Below are positions 1-8,842 of a stretch of DNA of 33,239 nt, in pieces. Numbering within the stretch: position 1 is the stretch's first letter; each line of letters opens with the position of its first letter. Both the position numbers and the translations under genes were made by a program. The notes under the pieces were generated by a model that was given only the letters and a program-made list of their open reading frames with translations, was not told where the DNA came from and ran no database searches. The stretch comes from Aquirufa sp. (GTDB taxonomy: Bacteria; Bacteroidota; Bacteroidia; Cytophagales; Spirosomataceae): contig JBJTMW010000164.1 of NCBI GenBank assembly GCA_046070715.1, positions 1 to 33,239 on the forward strand. The letters run 5' to 3'.

Positions 1-1
1 C

Positions 2-829
2 AACAATTTACAATTCTCCATTTGGGAGGATTTCGAAAGCGCCTTAGCCGCTTATTTTCAAGTAGAAGCCGCAGCCCTTTGTTCATCAGGCCTTGCTGCC
101 GCCCAAATCGCGGTACAATACGCCCAACAAAAAGGCTTAACACTAAACCTAGCACCTCAGGCACATCCAGCGTTATGGCGCCATCCACATACACCTTTTC
201 CAGGAAGCTACAGAGATTGGTTATCCACCCATCAAAAAGGTCAAATCCTCGCCTCTGACGGCATCGGATCTCCTTGGATCAACACCTTCGATTTCTCTTT
301 TACCACGACGATGGATCCGAGTAATTATTTGATCGTAGACGAGTCCCATCGAGCTGGAATTCAAGATATTCGCATTTCCTGTGCTGGACATCTTTTACAA
401 ACCATTTCGCTCTCGAAAGCCTTCGGACTTCCCGCTGGCATCATTTTAGGTTCCGCTGCCGACATAGAAGAAATAAAGAAAGATTCGTTTTGGGTGGGCT
501 CATCTCCCCCCAATCCTGCCTTTTGTTTTGCGGGTTTACATTCGATGGAAGCTTACCAAGAACAAAGTATAAAAAGCAGGGCCTTAGCGGATCGCTTCGC
601 AGATAATCTCCACGGATTTGAGGTCCCAGTGACCTATGTACCAGGTTATCCCGCTTTCTGCTCCAAAGCTCCTGGATTATTCGAACACCTGAAATCAGCT
701 GGACTATTAGTGAATCATTTTGCCTATCCAGACATCACGGCGCCTCCCGTTTGTCGTGCCATCTTGCCAGCCTGCTTGACCTTAGAAGATATCGATACCA
801 TTACCGATGCCATCAAAAGCTATGCCTAA
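2..829 (+). CDS. PLP-dependent aminotransferase class I/II-fold enzyme, 8-amino-7-oxononanoate synthase (BioF)-like; 5' end lies outside the window
   Basis: Frame +2 is open from base 2 into the listed ORF 311..829 (NNLQFSIWEDFESALAAYFQVEAAALCSSGLAAA...). Motifs SSGxAA, DESHRAG (DEAHxxG-like) and SLSKAFG (PLP lysine) fit alpha-oxoamine synthases. Confidence 0.8.
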   Translation, partial: NNLQFSIWEDFESALAAYFQVEAAALCSSGLAAAQIAVQYAQQKGLTLNLAPQAHPALWRHPHTPFPGSYRDWLSTHQKGQILASDGIGSPWINTFDFSFTTTMDPSNYLIVDESHRAGIQDIRISCAGHLLQTISLSKAFGLPAGIILGSAADIEEIKKDSFWVGSSPPNPAFCFAGLHSMEAYQEQSIKSRALADRFADNLHGFEVPVTYVPGYPAFCSKAPGLFEHLKSAGLLVNHFAYPDITAPPVCRAILPACLTLEDIDTITDAIKSYA

Positions 830-2048
830 ATACCTTTTCCTATTCCTGATTAGCATGAGTACATTCGCTCAAAAACCCGCCAATATACTGGAGCATTTAT
901 TGCTAACTAACCCAGATAAATTCAAAAAATTAACGGATAACCCAGAAAAATACCGCCTCCAGATCCTCTATACGCAGATCGATCGCGATGCGAAGAACAA
1001 ACCCAGCCTGACCACCTATTCTTATCGGGCAGATTCGAATGAATACTTTTATCCAGCGAGCACCGTGAAATTAGCCGCTAGCGTTTTGGCCTTAGAAAAA
1101 CTGAATGCCTTAAAAATAGATAAATCAACAACTCTCCTCACCTTAAAAAACCGTCCCTCTCAGTTAGAAATCAAAACAGATTCCACCGCTAAATCCGGTT
1201 TACCGAGTATCGAACACTATATTAAAAAGATTTTATTAGTGTCTGATAATGAGGCCTATAATCGGCTGTATGAATTCTTTGGCCAAAGACCCTTTAACGA
1301 AACGATGCTTTCCAAAGGATTCAAAGGCGTGCGCCTCACTCACCGTTTACAGACTCCACTCCCACGCTTAGAGAATCAATACACGAACCCGATTCAATTG
1401 CTAGACGCATCAGGCAAAGTCATCTACAATCAACCAGAGGCCTTTAACGACTCACCGTACAGCGCTACAGCGCCTATTTTACTAGGCAAAGGGACAATGA
1501 GTGAGGCGGGTGTAGTGGAAGATAAACCCTTGGACTTTAGTTTAAAAAATGCGTATCCTTTGCAGGCACAACATGATTTTTTGAAACGATTGATGCTACC
1601 TGAGGCATTCCCAGCGAAAGACCGATTCCAACTTAAAAAAGAGGATTATGCCTTTCTTTACCGCTATATGTCGATGTATCCCACGGAATCGAAAGATCCT
1701 GTGTACACCGAAGAGTTCGCTACTTATTGCAAATTCCTCTACTATGGATCTGAGAAAAATGCGCCATTAAACTCCTCAATGCGTATTTTTAACAAGGTAG
1801 GTGATGCCTATGGATTCTTGTTAGATAATGCCTATGTGGTGGATTTCGACAAGAAAATTGAATTTATCGTGACTGCCGTCTTGCTTTGCAATGAAGACGA
1901 GATCTTCAATGACGAGAAATACGATTACGATACGATTGGATTCCCCTTCTTTAAAGACCTAGGTCAAGTTATCTACGATTATGAGGTTAAACGACCTAAA
2001 AAGCACTTGCCTAATCTAGATCACCTACACTTCAACTACGCGAATTAA
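822..2048 (+). CDS. Exported serine hydrolase, class A beta-lactamase/PBP-like family
   Basis: Signal peptide MPKYLFLFLISMSTFA. Motifs PASTVK (SxxK), SDN and NKVG (KxG). ATG 822 overlaps the upstream stop and is preferred over 807. Confidence 0.8.
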   Translation: MPKYLFLFLISMSTFAQKPANILEHLLLTNPDKFKKLTDNPEKYRLQILYTQIDRDAKNKPSLTTYSYRADSNEYFYPASTVKLAASVLALEKLNALKIDKSTTLLTLKNRPSQLEIKTDSTAKSGLPSIEHYIKKILLVSDNEAYNRLYEFFGQRPFNETMLSKGFKGVRLTHRLQTPLPRLENQYTNPIQLLDASGKVIYNQPEAFNDSPYSATAPILLGKGTMSEAGVVEDKPLDFSLKNAYPLQAQHDFLKRLMLPEAFPAKDRFQLKKEDYAFLYRYMSMYPTESKDPVYTEEFATYCKFLYYGSEKNAPLNSSMRIFNKVGDAYGFLLDNAYVVDFDKKIEFIVTAVLLCNEDEIFNDEKYDYDTIGFPFFKDLGQVIYDYEVKRPKKHLPNLDHLHFNYAN

Positions 2049-2872
2049 GCTTTTCGTCTGGAATACCAAAGAACTCCAATGCCAAAAAGGACAGCGGGTA
2101 TAGACAGAATTTGGCCCATATTCAAGGTCAAACCATTTTCAAACGAACTCTGATTCTCTTTTAAAAATTCATAAAAGAAACGCAGCGTAAACAGGATAAT
2201 CATAAAAAGTCCCGTCAAAAGCCCATGAGGAGTATTTTGTTTTTGACGATTCCAAATCCAAAGCAAAAAAGCAAAAATCACTAGACAAGACAACGCCTCG
2301 TACAATTGCGATGGATGGCGAGGAACCACAAAAGCCGCTAATCCACTTGGATTAAATTCATAATCCCGCATAAATTTGAATCCCCAAGGCAAATCAGTAG
2401 GTTTTCCGATGATCTCGGAATTCATCAAATTTCCGAAACGTATAAAGAAACCGGCTAATGCCGTCGCAATCACGATTCGATCCGTTACATACAAATACGA
2501 CTGATCTTTGTGTTTCTTCACATATAAATAATAGGCTGTAAATAAACCAATGGCGGCTCCGTGAGAGGCCAAACCCGAAAAGGGTGGTGTAATCATTTGG
2601 ATGAAAAAACGGACAGGATCTGCTAAAAGTAAAGGGAATTCATAGAAAAAATAATGCCCCATTCGAGCTCCAGCTACTGTTCCTACCATCGTATACAATA
2701 ACAATTGATCGGCTTGCTCTACTGATCTCCCCTCTTTTTTGAACATATAACTAACGACCTGAAAACCGGCCAAAAATGCCAAGGCAAAACAAAAGCCATA
2801 CCAACGGATAGGGAATCCCAATAAGGTAATAATAGTCGGATCAGCGTTCCACTCAATAAATAATAAGCTCAT
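2045..2872 (-). CDS. lgt: Prolipoprotein diacylglyceryl transferase
   Basis: IRWYG, GARMGH, GLASHG, RFGNLMNSEIIG, RHPSQLYE, RFFYEFLK and MGQILS motifs; multi-pass membrane protein. Confidence 0.97.
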   Translation of the reverse strand: MSLLFIEWNADPTIITLLGFPIRWYGFCFALAFLAGFQVVSYMFKKEGRSVEQADQLLLYTMVGTVAGARMGHYFFYEFPLLLADPVRFFIQMITPPFSGLASHGAAIGLFTAYYLYVKKHKDQSYLYVTDRIVIATALAGFFIRFGNLMNSEIIGKPTDLPWGFKFMRDYEFNPSGLAAFVVPRHPSQLYEALSCLVIFAFLLWIWNRQKQNTPHGLLTGLFMIILFTLRFFYEFLKENQSSFENGLTLNMGQILSIPAVLFGIGVLWYSRRKA

Positions 2873-2891
2873 AGTCTTGAAGTCTTTCGTT

Positions 2892-2899
2892 CAAAATTA
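2892..2899 (-). promoter_or_regulatory. Bacteroidota -7 promoter element (TAATTTTG) for lgt
   Basis: Matches TAnnTTTG on the minus strand, 19 nt before the lgt ATG. Confidence 0.55.
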
Positions 2900-2903
2900 A
2901 ACA

Positions 2904-3044
2904 TTATTTCTTTGAGTTCTTCACTAAAACCTGGATAGTCTTCTTGAATAATTTAGCGGGATACAATCGATGCGGAAAGCCTAAAGACAAGGCTTGAAAG
3001 CTACAAAAAACGAGTAATAAAACGATTAGATAACGTTTTTTCAT
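2904..3044 (-). CDS. Putative 46-aa small protein: signal-peptide-like N-terminus, basic tail
   Basis: MKKRYLIVLLLVFCSFQALSLGFPHRLYPAKLFKKTIQVLVKNSKK. A-rich leader (CAAACCAAC ATG) and an upstream promoter match (TATCTTTG at 3066-3073, TTG at 3093-3095, 19-nt spacer). Confidence 0.5.
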   Translation of the reverse strand: MKKRYLIVLLLVFCSFQALSLGFPHRLYPAKLFKKTIQVLVKNSKK

Positions 3045-3065
3045 GTTGGTTTGTTGAATCTTCTG

Positions 3066-3096
3066 CAAAGATATAAAACAAAAGGTACTTTGCAAT
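3066..3096 (-). promoter_or_regulatory. Bacteroidota sigmaA-type promoter (TTG-N19-TATCTTTG) for the small ORF and possibly lgt
   Basis: Consensus -7 octamer with a correctly spaced -33 TTG. Confidence 0.55.
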
Positions 3097-3249
3097 ACAA
3101 GGTACTATAATTTATCAAGTTACTGATAATTTTGTAGTCTAGATGCGCCCGTTCGTCGATTGGTTGCTCCACTTCTTCCTTTTTTCAAATGAGTCCTATA
3201 TTATTGCATCAGATTAACCGTTTGATAAACCGAATCAAATCTGAAAAAT

Positions 3250-4422
3250 ATGAAAACGAAAATTTCTTTGCTCGCCTTAGTTTCTGTTCTCGCATTAAAT
3301 GCTTGCACCAAAGACCAAAATGTAGATCCGCAAAACGCTGCTACATTAGCCCCTCAAGATGTTCCCGTATTAGTGACTCAAGCGGTAAGCACCGTTTATC
3401 CGAAAGCAACAGCTGTTGACTATTCAGCACTGCAAACGAATTCACTTTACGTTGCTAATGTAACCACTACCACCACAGAAGCTCAAGTCGTGGTTTCCAA
3501 TAAAGGGCTTATTAAAGAAGAAGCTGTAAAAATTGCTAAAACGGATTTACCTGCAGCTGTTATCTCCTATTTAGACACTAATTTCCCAGGCGCCACTTTT
3601 GAACATGCATCCAAAAAGACGAAAGGGGATAAATTAGGTTTCCGTGTTGAATTAATTTTCAATAATGAGCACTATTCTGTTTTCTTTGATCAAACAGGTG
3701 CATTCTTGAGCCAAGTTACTGGTTTACAAGGAAAACCGGGAAAGAAAGGACCTGCACCTGCTGCCACTGATTTGGCTTTAACGGACCTTCCCGCTCCAGT
3801 TCAAGCGGCTATCAATGGAATGACGTTCAAACGCGCTATTTTAACAAAAGATCCAAACGGCGTAGCTATTTACCATATTCATGTAGATAAGGCTGGGGTA
3901 CCTTTTGATCTAGATATTGATGCGAATGGAAACATTTTGAAATCGAAAGAGATGAATCAAAAAGGTCCTGCTTTCGCGAAGATCGACTTAACACAATTGC
4001 CTGCTGGTTTAACATCATTCTTAAATACCAATGCAGCAGGTTTTAAATTAGATTATGCTGTGGCTATCACAAAGGACTCAGTAATCATTGAATACCATGT
4101 GGGTGTGACTATCGGTACTGCGAAAAAAGAGTTCCACCTAGATGCAAACTTCCAATTATTACCTAACCCTCCGGCGGGTCAGGGTGGACCTGGACATAAT
4201 CCTCCAGCCTTAGCGATTACTAATTTAACAGCGAATGATTTACCTGCTGCGATTAAGACCTATTTGACGACAAATTATGCAGGTTGGGCATTCGTGAAAG
4301 GAGCAAGCGCAGCCGTAGATAATGTAGTGAAGGATTACCATTTGATCATTGAAGTGGCAACGAAGAAATACATGCTTGAGTTTGACGGAAACGGAGCATT
4401 CAAAAAGGCGATTGCCTTATAA
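3250..4422 (+). CDS. Lipoprotein with tandem PepSY-like (BLIP-like, DUF2874-type) repeats
   Basis: Lipobox LNA-C. About five repeats begin DVPVLVTQAV, DLPAAVISYL, DLPAPVQAAI, QLPAGLTSFL and DLPAAIKTYL and end in F/IDxNGxxL-like strands. Confidence 0.8.
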   Translation: MKTKISLLALVSVLALNACTKDQNVDPQNAATLAPQDVPVLVTQAVSTVYPKATAVDYSALQTNSLYVANVTTTTTEAQVVVSNKGLIKEEAVKIAKTDLPAAVISYLDTNFPGATFEHASKKTKGDKLGFRVELIFNNEHYSVFFDQTGAFLSQVTGLQGKPGKKGPAPAATDLALTDLPAPVQAAINGMTFKRAILTKDPNGVAIYHIHVDKAGVPFDLDIDANGNILKSKEMNQKGPAFAKIDLTQLPAGLTSFLNTNAAGFKLDYAVAITKDSVIIEYHVGVTIGTAKKEFHLDANFQLLPNPPAGQGGPGHNPPALAITNLTANDLPAAIKTYLTTNYAGWAFVKGASAAVDNVVKDYHLIIEVATKKYMLEFDGNGAFKKAIAL

Positions 4423-4442
4423 GATTAATAATTTGAGGTTGT

Positions 4443-4474
4443 TAAAAAAGGCTTGCAATTGCAAGCCTTTTTTA
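4443..4474 (+). terminator. Rho-independent terminator; perfect 32-bp palindrome
   Basis: TAAAAAAGGCTTGCAA|TTGCAAGCCTTTTTTA, 20 nt after the lipoprotein stop; gives a T6 tail on both strands. Confidence 0.8.
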
Positions 4475-4486
4475 TGTTCTTAGGGT

Positions 4487-5059
4487 ATGCAAAACATTGA
4501 ACCTTCCTTCCAATGGGAATCCAGCTATGTCGCGGCACGCGATAAAAAATCCCCTTTTTTTGGCAGACATTATTCTGAAACAACCTACGAAAATGATATT
4601 TATGGCTATTACATTCATCCACTTTGGGATGATATAGGCTCAGAGACACTCTTTTGTAAGATTTTATACACGGATTATGCAGCAAAATATACGATTATCG
4701 AATTGTTTGGAGAATGGAATGATACGTTGCACAATGATGTGATGCATTTGAAACGGACGGTCGTAGATCATTTCGTCGATGCGGGGATTAAGCATTTCAT
4801 TCTTGTAGGGGAAAATGTGTTGAATTTTCATGGATCATTTGAGGATGATTATTATGCGGAATGGTTTGAGGATGTGGAGGATGGCTGGATTGCGGCGATG
4901 CATTTTGCGCCTTTTGTAGAGGAAGAATGGACCAAATATAAGATTGATTATTACCTGAATTTTGGGGGAAACCTGCAAATACCGAACTGGAGAACCCTAA
5001 AACCGGAGATGATCTTTTTTATGATCGACAAACTATTGAAAAGACGATTAAATCCGTAA
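4487..5059 (+). CDS. Hypothetical protein, acidic and aromatic-rich; possible STAS-like fold
   Basis: 190-aa ORF filling the intergenic space with protein-like composition; no catalytic motif recognised. Confidence 0.75.
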   Translation: MQNIEPSFQWESSYVAARDKKSPFFGRHYSETTYENDIYGYYIHPLWDDIGSETLFCKILYTDYAAKYTIIELFGEWNDTLHNDVMHLKRTVVDHFVDAGIKHFILVGENVLNFHGSFEDDYYAEWFEDVEDGWIAAMHFAPFVEEEWTKYKIDYYLNFGGNLQIPNWRTLKPEMIFFMIDKLLKRRLNP

Positions 5060-5083
5060 ATTCGTACAAACCTATTTAAACAC

Positions 5084-5839
5084 ATGAAAAAATTATTCCT
5101 TTTGACCTTGCTGTGTGCAGGTCTATTCTCTTTTGCGGTTAATGCGAAAAAAACCGATACCCGTTATTTTGAAATGCGCATCTACTATTGCCATCCTGGC
5201 AGATTAGACGCCTTAATTCAACGTTTCACGAATCACACGACGAAGATTTTTGAAAAACACGGCATGACAAACGTGGGTTATTGGATTCCCACAAACAATA
5301 CGGACAATGCCTTGTATTACATTTTAGCCTATCCATCTCAAGCGGCTAGAGATTCCTCTTGGAAACATTTCAGCAGCGATCCGGAATGGCGAGAAGTGGC
5401 AAAAAAATCAGAAGAAACAGGCAAAATTGTGGCTAAAGTGACGAGTGTTTTCATGAATGCAACCGATTTTAGCCCTAAAATCAAGCCATCAGGTGGTCCC
5501 GTGGACCAAGTGTTTGAACTACGTACGTATAGCCAATTGCCTGGTAGAAACCCAGCCATCTTAGCACGATTCAGAGATCATACGATGAAGATTTTCAGAT
5601 CGCATGACATGAAAAACATCGCCTATTTCACCACCATCGAAAAAGATCCGGCAGTGCAAAGTAAATTAGTGTATTTAATCGCACACAGCTCTGAAGAGGC
5701 TGCAAAGTCTAATTGGACTGGCTTTATCAATGACCCGAAATGGAAACAAGTAGCCGCCGATTCTGAAAAAGATGGAAAGATTGTTGAAAAAATCGAGTCG
5801 ATCTTTATGAGTCCTACTTCGTTCTCAACTATTCGTTAA
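5084..5839 (+). CDS. Exported tandem NIPSNAP-family protein
   Basis: Signal peptide plus two homologous domains (FEMRIYYCHPGR...FEKHGM...DPEW and FELRTYSQLPGR...FRSHDM...DPKW). Confidence 0.9.
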   Translation: MKKLFLLTLLCAGLFSFAVNAKKTDTRYFEMRIYYCHPGRLDALIQRFTNHTTKIFEKHGMTNVGYWIPTNNTDNALYYILAYPSQAARDSSWKHFSSDPEWREVAKKSEETGKIVAKVTSVFMNATDFSPKIKPSGGPVDQVFELRTYSQLPGRNPAILARFRDHTMKIFRSHDMKNIAYFTTIEKDPAVQSKLVYLIAHSSEEAAKSNWTGFINDPKWKQVAADSEKDGKIVEKIESIFMSPTSFSTIR

Positions 5840-5844
5840 GCACT

Positions 5845-8841
5845 ATGCCATTCATTAAAAAAGCACCGCTCCTATTCCTAGGTGGGATGATCAGCCTTGT
5901 GAGCCTAGGCATCCCTAAGATGATTAAAAACAAGAGAATCATCTCTGATTCCGTGCAAACCAAAGTTGCTACGCTACAAGTCCCAGAAGGGCTAGAAGTA
6001 AAACTTTTCGCAGCGGAACCGATGTTGATTAATCCGACGAATATCGATGTAGATTCGAAAGGCCGCGTTTGGGTGTTAGAGGCGTATAATTACCGACCAG
6101 GAATCAATGGCAATCCTACGAACCCGCAAGGAGACCGCATCCTCATTTTAGAGGATACGAATGGGGATGGCCAGGCAGATAGCCGAAAAGTGTTTTACCA
6201 ATCGCCTGAGATCAATGCACCGCTGGGCATTGCGGTATTAGATTCCATGGTGATTGTATCCCAAAGCCCTTACATCTGGAAAATGTTCGATGATAACCGC
6301 GATGGGAAAGCTGATCGCAAGGAGGTCATGTTCTCTGGCATTGGAGGGGATCAACATGATCATGGGGCACATGCCTTTACTTTTGGACCGGATGGGAAAT
6401 TGTATTTTAACCTGGGGAATGAAGGTAAGCAATTGTTAGATGCCAAAGGAAATCCGGTCTTGGATCAAGATGGCGACCCGATTGGGCCTAAGAAATACCG
6501 CCAAGGAATGGTGTTCCGTTGCAATATGGACGGAAGCCAAGTCGAGGTTTTGGGGCATAATTTTAGAAATAATTACGAGGTGGCGGTGGATTCCTATGGG
6601 GCACTTTGGCAATCAGATAACGATGACGATGGAAACAAAGGGGTGCGCATTAATGCCGTCTTCGAGCATGGAAACTACGGTTATGTAGATGAAATGACGG
6701 GTGAGGGCTGGTATGTCAATCGCACGAATATTGAAAAAGAAATTCCATTACGTCACTGGCATTTAAATGACCCAGGCGTTGTGCCTAATTTACTACAAAC
6801 GGGTGCTGGTTCTCCTACCGGAATGATGATTTACGAGGGAAATTTATTACCTCCCCTCTTCCAAAATCAAATGATTCATGCAGATGCGGGCCCTAACGTG
6901 GTTCGTTCTTATGCTACCACACCGCTGGGCGCAGGATACGAGGCAAGAATCAATAACCTGATTACTTCGCGAGATCAATGGTTTAGACCGGCAGACGTAG
7001 CTGCGGCTCCGGATGGTTCTCTTTTTGTGGCGGATTGGTACGATCCGGGTGTGGGTGGCCATCAGGCGGGAGATCAGGCCAAAGGTCGTATTTACCGAAT
7101 CGCCCCAAAAGGACACGCGTATAAAAAAACAAACTTTGATTTAAGTACGCCCGAACTAGCTTTTAAAGCATTAGAGAATCCAAATTTAGAAATCCGTTTT
7201 CTGGCTTTTCAGGCATTGAAAAAAATGGGAAATAAGGCTGAAACCGTATTAGAAAATGCATTCAACACGAATGAAAATCCGCGATTTAGAGCGCGTGCAT
7301 TTTGGGTATTGAATCAAGGATCACGTTCGAATGAGTTTATTCAAAAAGCCTTCGATCAAGCAAACCCCAACCTGAAAGCCATGGCGATTCGCGCGGCTAA
7401 ACAAAAACCTTTCGCGGAATGGTCCGCACTCGCAGCGAAGGCGGTAAAAGACCAACACGCGTCTGTCAGACGTGAATTAGCGATCGCCTTGAGACATTTA
7501 TCTGGAGAAGAGGTAAATCAAGTATGGGCGAGTCTAGCGATGCGCCATAACGGCACAGATCGCTGGTATTTAGAGGCTCTAGGTATCGGTGCAGATGGCA
7601 ATTGGGACGAACGTTTTAATGCCTATGCCGCCTTAAAACCAGAAAATTCAAAGGGATATGCGGATATCGTGTGGAGAGCTAGAACAGAAAAAGCGCTTCC
7701 GGCTTTGATCGAACTAATCGGAAACACGAAATCATTAGCCTACTTCCGTGCCCTAGACTTTATGCCGGGTGAACAGAAATCAGCGGCTTTATTTAGTTTA
7801 ATAACAGGCAAATTTGCCACGGATTTAAGCGCCCAATTAGAAGCGGTGCGCCACATGAAACCTACCTACATTGCTTCACATCCAGAAGTAAAGTCGATGC
7901 TTTCGAGTTTATTAAAGCAAATCGATGGCAAGCAATACCTAGAATTAGTCGATTATTATCAATTAAAGGAAGAAAGCCCACGTGTTTTAGGAATGATTTT
8001 AGCCGGAACCGAATCATCTAAAGCGGGTCAAGTGCTGTATAATTTGCCAGGCGGTGCGGAATTAATTCGTACGAAATTCCATGCGGGGAAAGAAACAGAA
8101 CAATTAGCCCTGATCGAATCCTTGCGCTACCAAGGAAAAACAGAATCCGCTCAATTATTATATGAGGCAACCGTAAATCCCAAATGCAGCAAATCGGTAC
8201 AAATGCAAGCGGCACGCGTGATTGGGAATGCCTATCCCACGGAGGAATTTGTCTTGGATTTATTGGAGAAAAAGAAAATCGCAACTGCCTATATTCCTTT
8301 AGTAGTAGAAAGTCTTCAAAAAGCGTGGAGAAAGTCCATTCGAATGAAAGCAAATAGTTATTTAGACAAACATCAAACTGAATCCAAGAAAGCACATCCT
8401 GCAATGGCAGAATTAATTAAAATGTCAGGAGATGCGGTGAAAGGTAAAGTCGTCTTTACGAATTCCTGCGCGATGTGTCATGTGGTCAATAATGAGGGAA
8501 TTGATTTTGGCCCGAAACTGAGTGAAATAGGCTCCAAATTATCGAAAGAAGGAATGTATATGTCCATCTTACATCCTAATGCGGGGATTGGATTTGGGTA
8601 TGAAACGTTTGAAATAAAAACAAAATCAGGGGATAGCTACCAAGGAATCATTGTCTCCAAAAACGAAACAGATATCGTATTACGCATTCCAGGTGGAATC
8701 GTGAAAAGCTTTAAAACATCCGCTTTAAAATCGTACAAGCAATTACCGGAGTCCTTAATGCCAGAAGGTTTAGCCGATGGCATGAGCACGCCAGAGCTTG
8801 TCGATTTAATGGAATATTTGTCCACTTTAAAGAAGAAATAA
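5845..8841 (+). CDS. PVC-type haem-binding CxxCH protein (putative membrane-bound dehydrogenase: beta-propeller + HEAT-like repeats + cytochrome c)
   Basis: N-terminal VPEGLEVKLFAAEPMLINP...GRVWV propeller, FRPADVAAAPDGSLFVADWYD, helical repeats, GKVVFTNSCAMCH (8467-8481), GPKLSEIG and a distal-Met motif SLMPEGL. Confidence 0.9.
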   Translation: MPFIKKAPLLFLGGMISLVSLGIPKMIKNKRIISDSVQTKVATLQVPEGLEVKLFAAEPMLINPTNIDVDSKGRVWVLEAYNYRPGINGNPTNPQGDRILILEDTNGDGQADSRKVFYQSPEINAPLGIAVLDSMVIVSQSPYIWKMFDDNRDGKADRKEVMFSGIGGDQHDHGAHAFTFGPDGKLYFNLGNEGKQLLDAKGNPVLDQDGDPIGPKKYRQGMVFRCNMDGSQVEVLGHNFRNNYEVAVDSYGALWQSDNDDDGNKGVRINAVFEHGNYGYVDEMTGEGWYVNRTNIEKEIPLRHWHLNDPGVVPNLLQTGAGSPTGMMIYEGNLLPPLFQNQMIHADAGPNVVRSYATTPLGAGYEARINNLITSRDQWFRPADVAAAPDGSLFVADWYDPGVGGHQAGDQAKGRIYRIAPKGHAYKKTNFDLSTPELAFKALENPNLEIRFLAFQALKKMGNKAETVLENAFNTNENPRFRARAFWVLNQGSRSNEFIQKAFDQANPNLKAMAIRAAKQKPFAEWSALAAKAVKDQHASVRRELAIALRHLSGEEVNQVWASLAMRHNGTDRWYLEALGIGADGNWDERFNAYAALKPENSKGYADIVWRARTEKALPALIELIGNTKSLAYFRALDFMPGEQKSAALFSLITGKFATDLSAQLEAVRHMKPTYIASHPEVKSMLSSLLKQIDGKQYLELVDYYQLKEESPRVLGMILAGTESSKAGQVLYNLPGGAELIRTKFHAGKETEQLALIESLRYQGKTESAQLLYEATVNPKCSKSVQMQAARVIGNAYPTEEFVLDLLEKKKIATAYIPLVVESLQKAWRKSIRMKANSYLDKHQTESKKAHPAMAELIKMSGDAVKGKVVFTNSCAMCHVVNNEGIDFGPKLSEIGSKLSKEGMYMSILHPNAGIGFGYETFEIKTKSGDSYQGIIVSKNETDIVLRIPGGIVKSFKTSALKSYKQLPESLMPEGLADGMSTPELVDLMEYLSTLKKK

Positions 8842-8842
8842 G

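Noticed and set aside
22-258. 78-aa ORF in frame +1
   Set aside because: Overlaps the open +2 frame that continues into the PLP enzyme; shadow ORF.
807-2048. Calling this a true beta-lactamase resistance gene
   Set aside because: It has the SxxK/SDN/KxG motifs, but I could not identify a class A omega-loop ExxLN and the protein is much longer; activity cannot be inferred.
4425-4685. Minus-strand 86-aa ORF, and the many other 60-130 aa ORFs nested in or antisense to long genes (e.g. 5338, 6847, 8018, 10863, 20573, 22100, 28960, 30632)
   Set aside because: They overlap well-supported CDSs and show no motifs. 20573..20842 merely mirrors the Ala-codon repeat.
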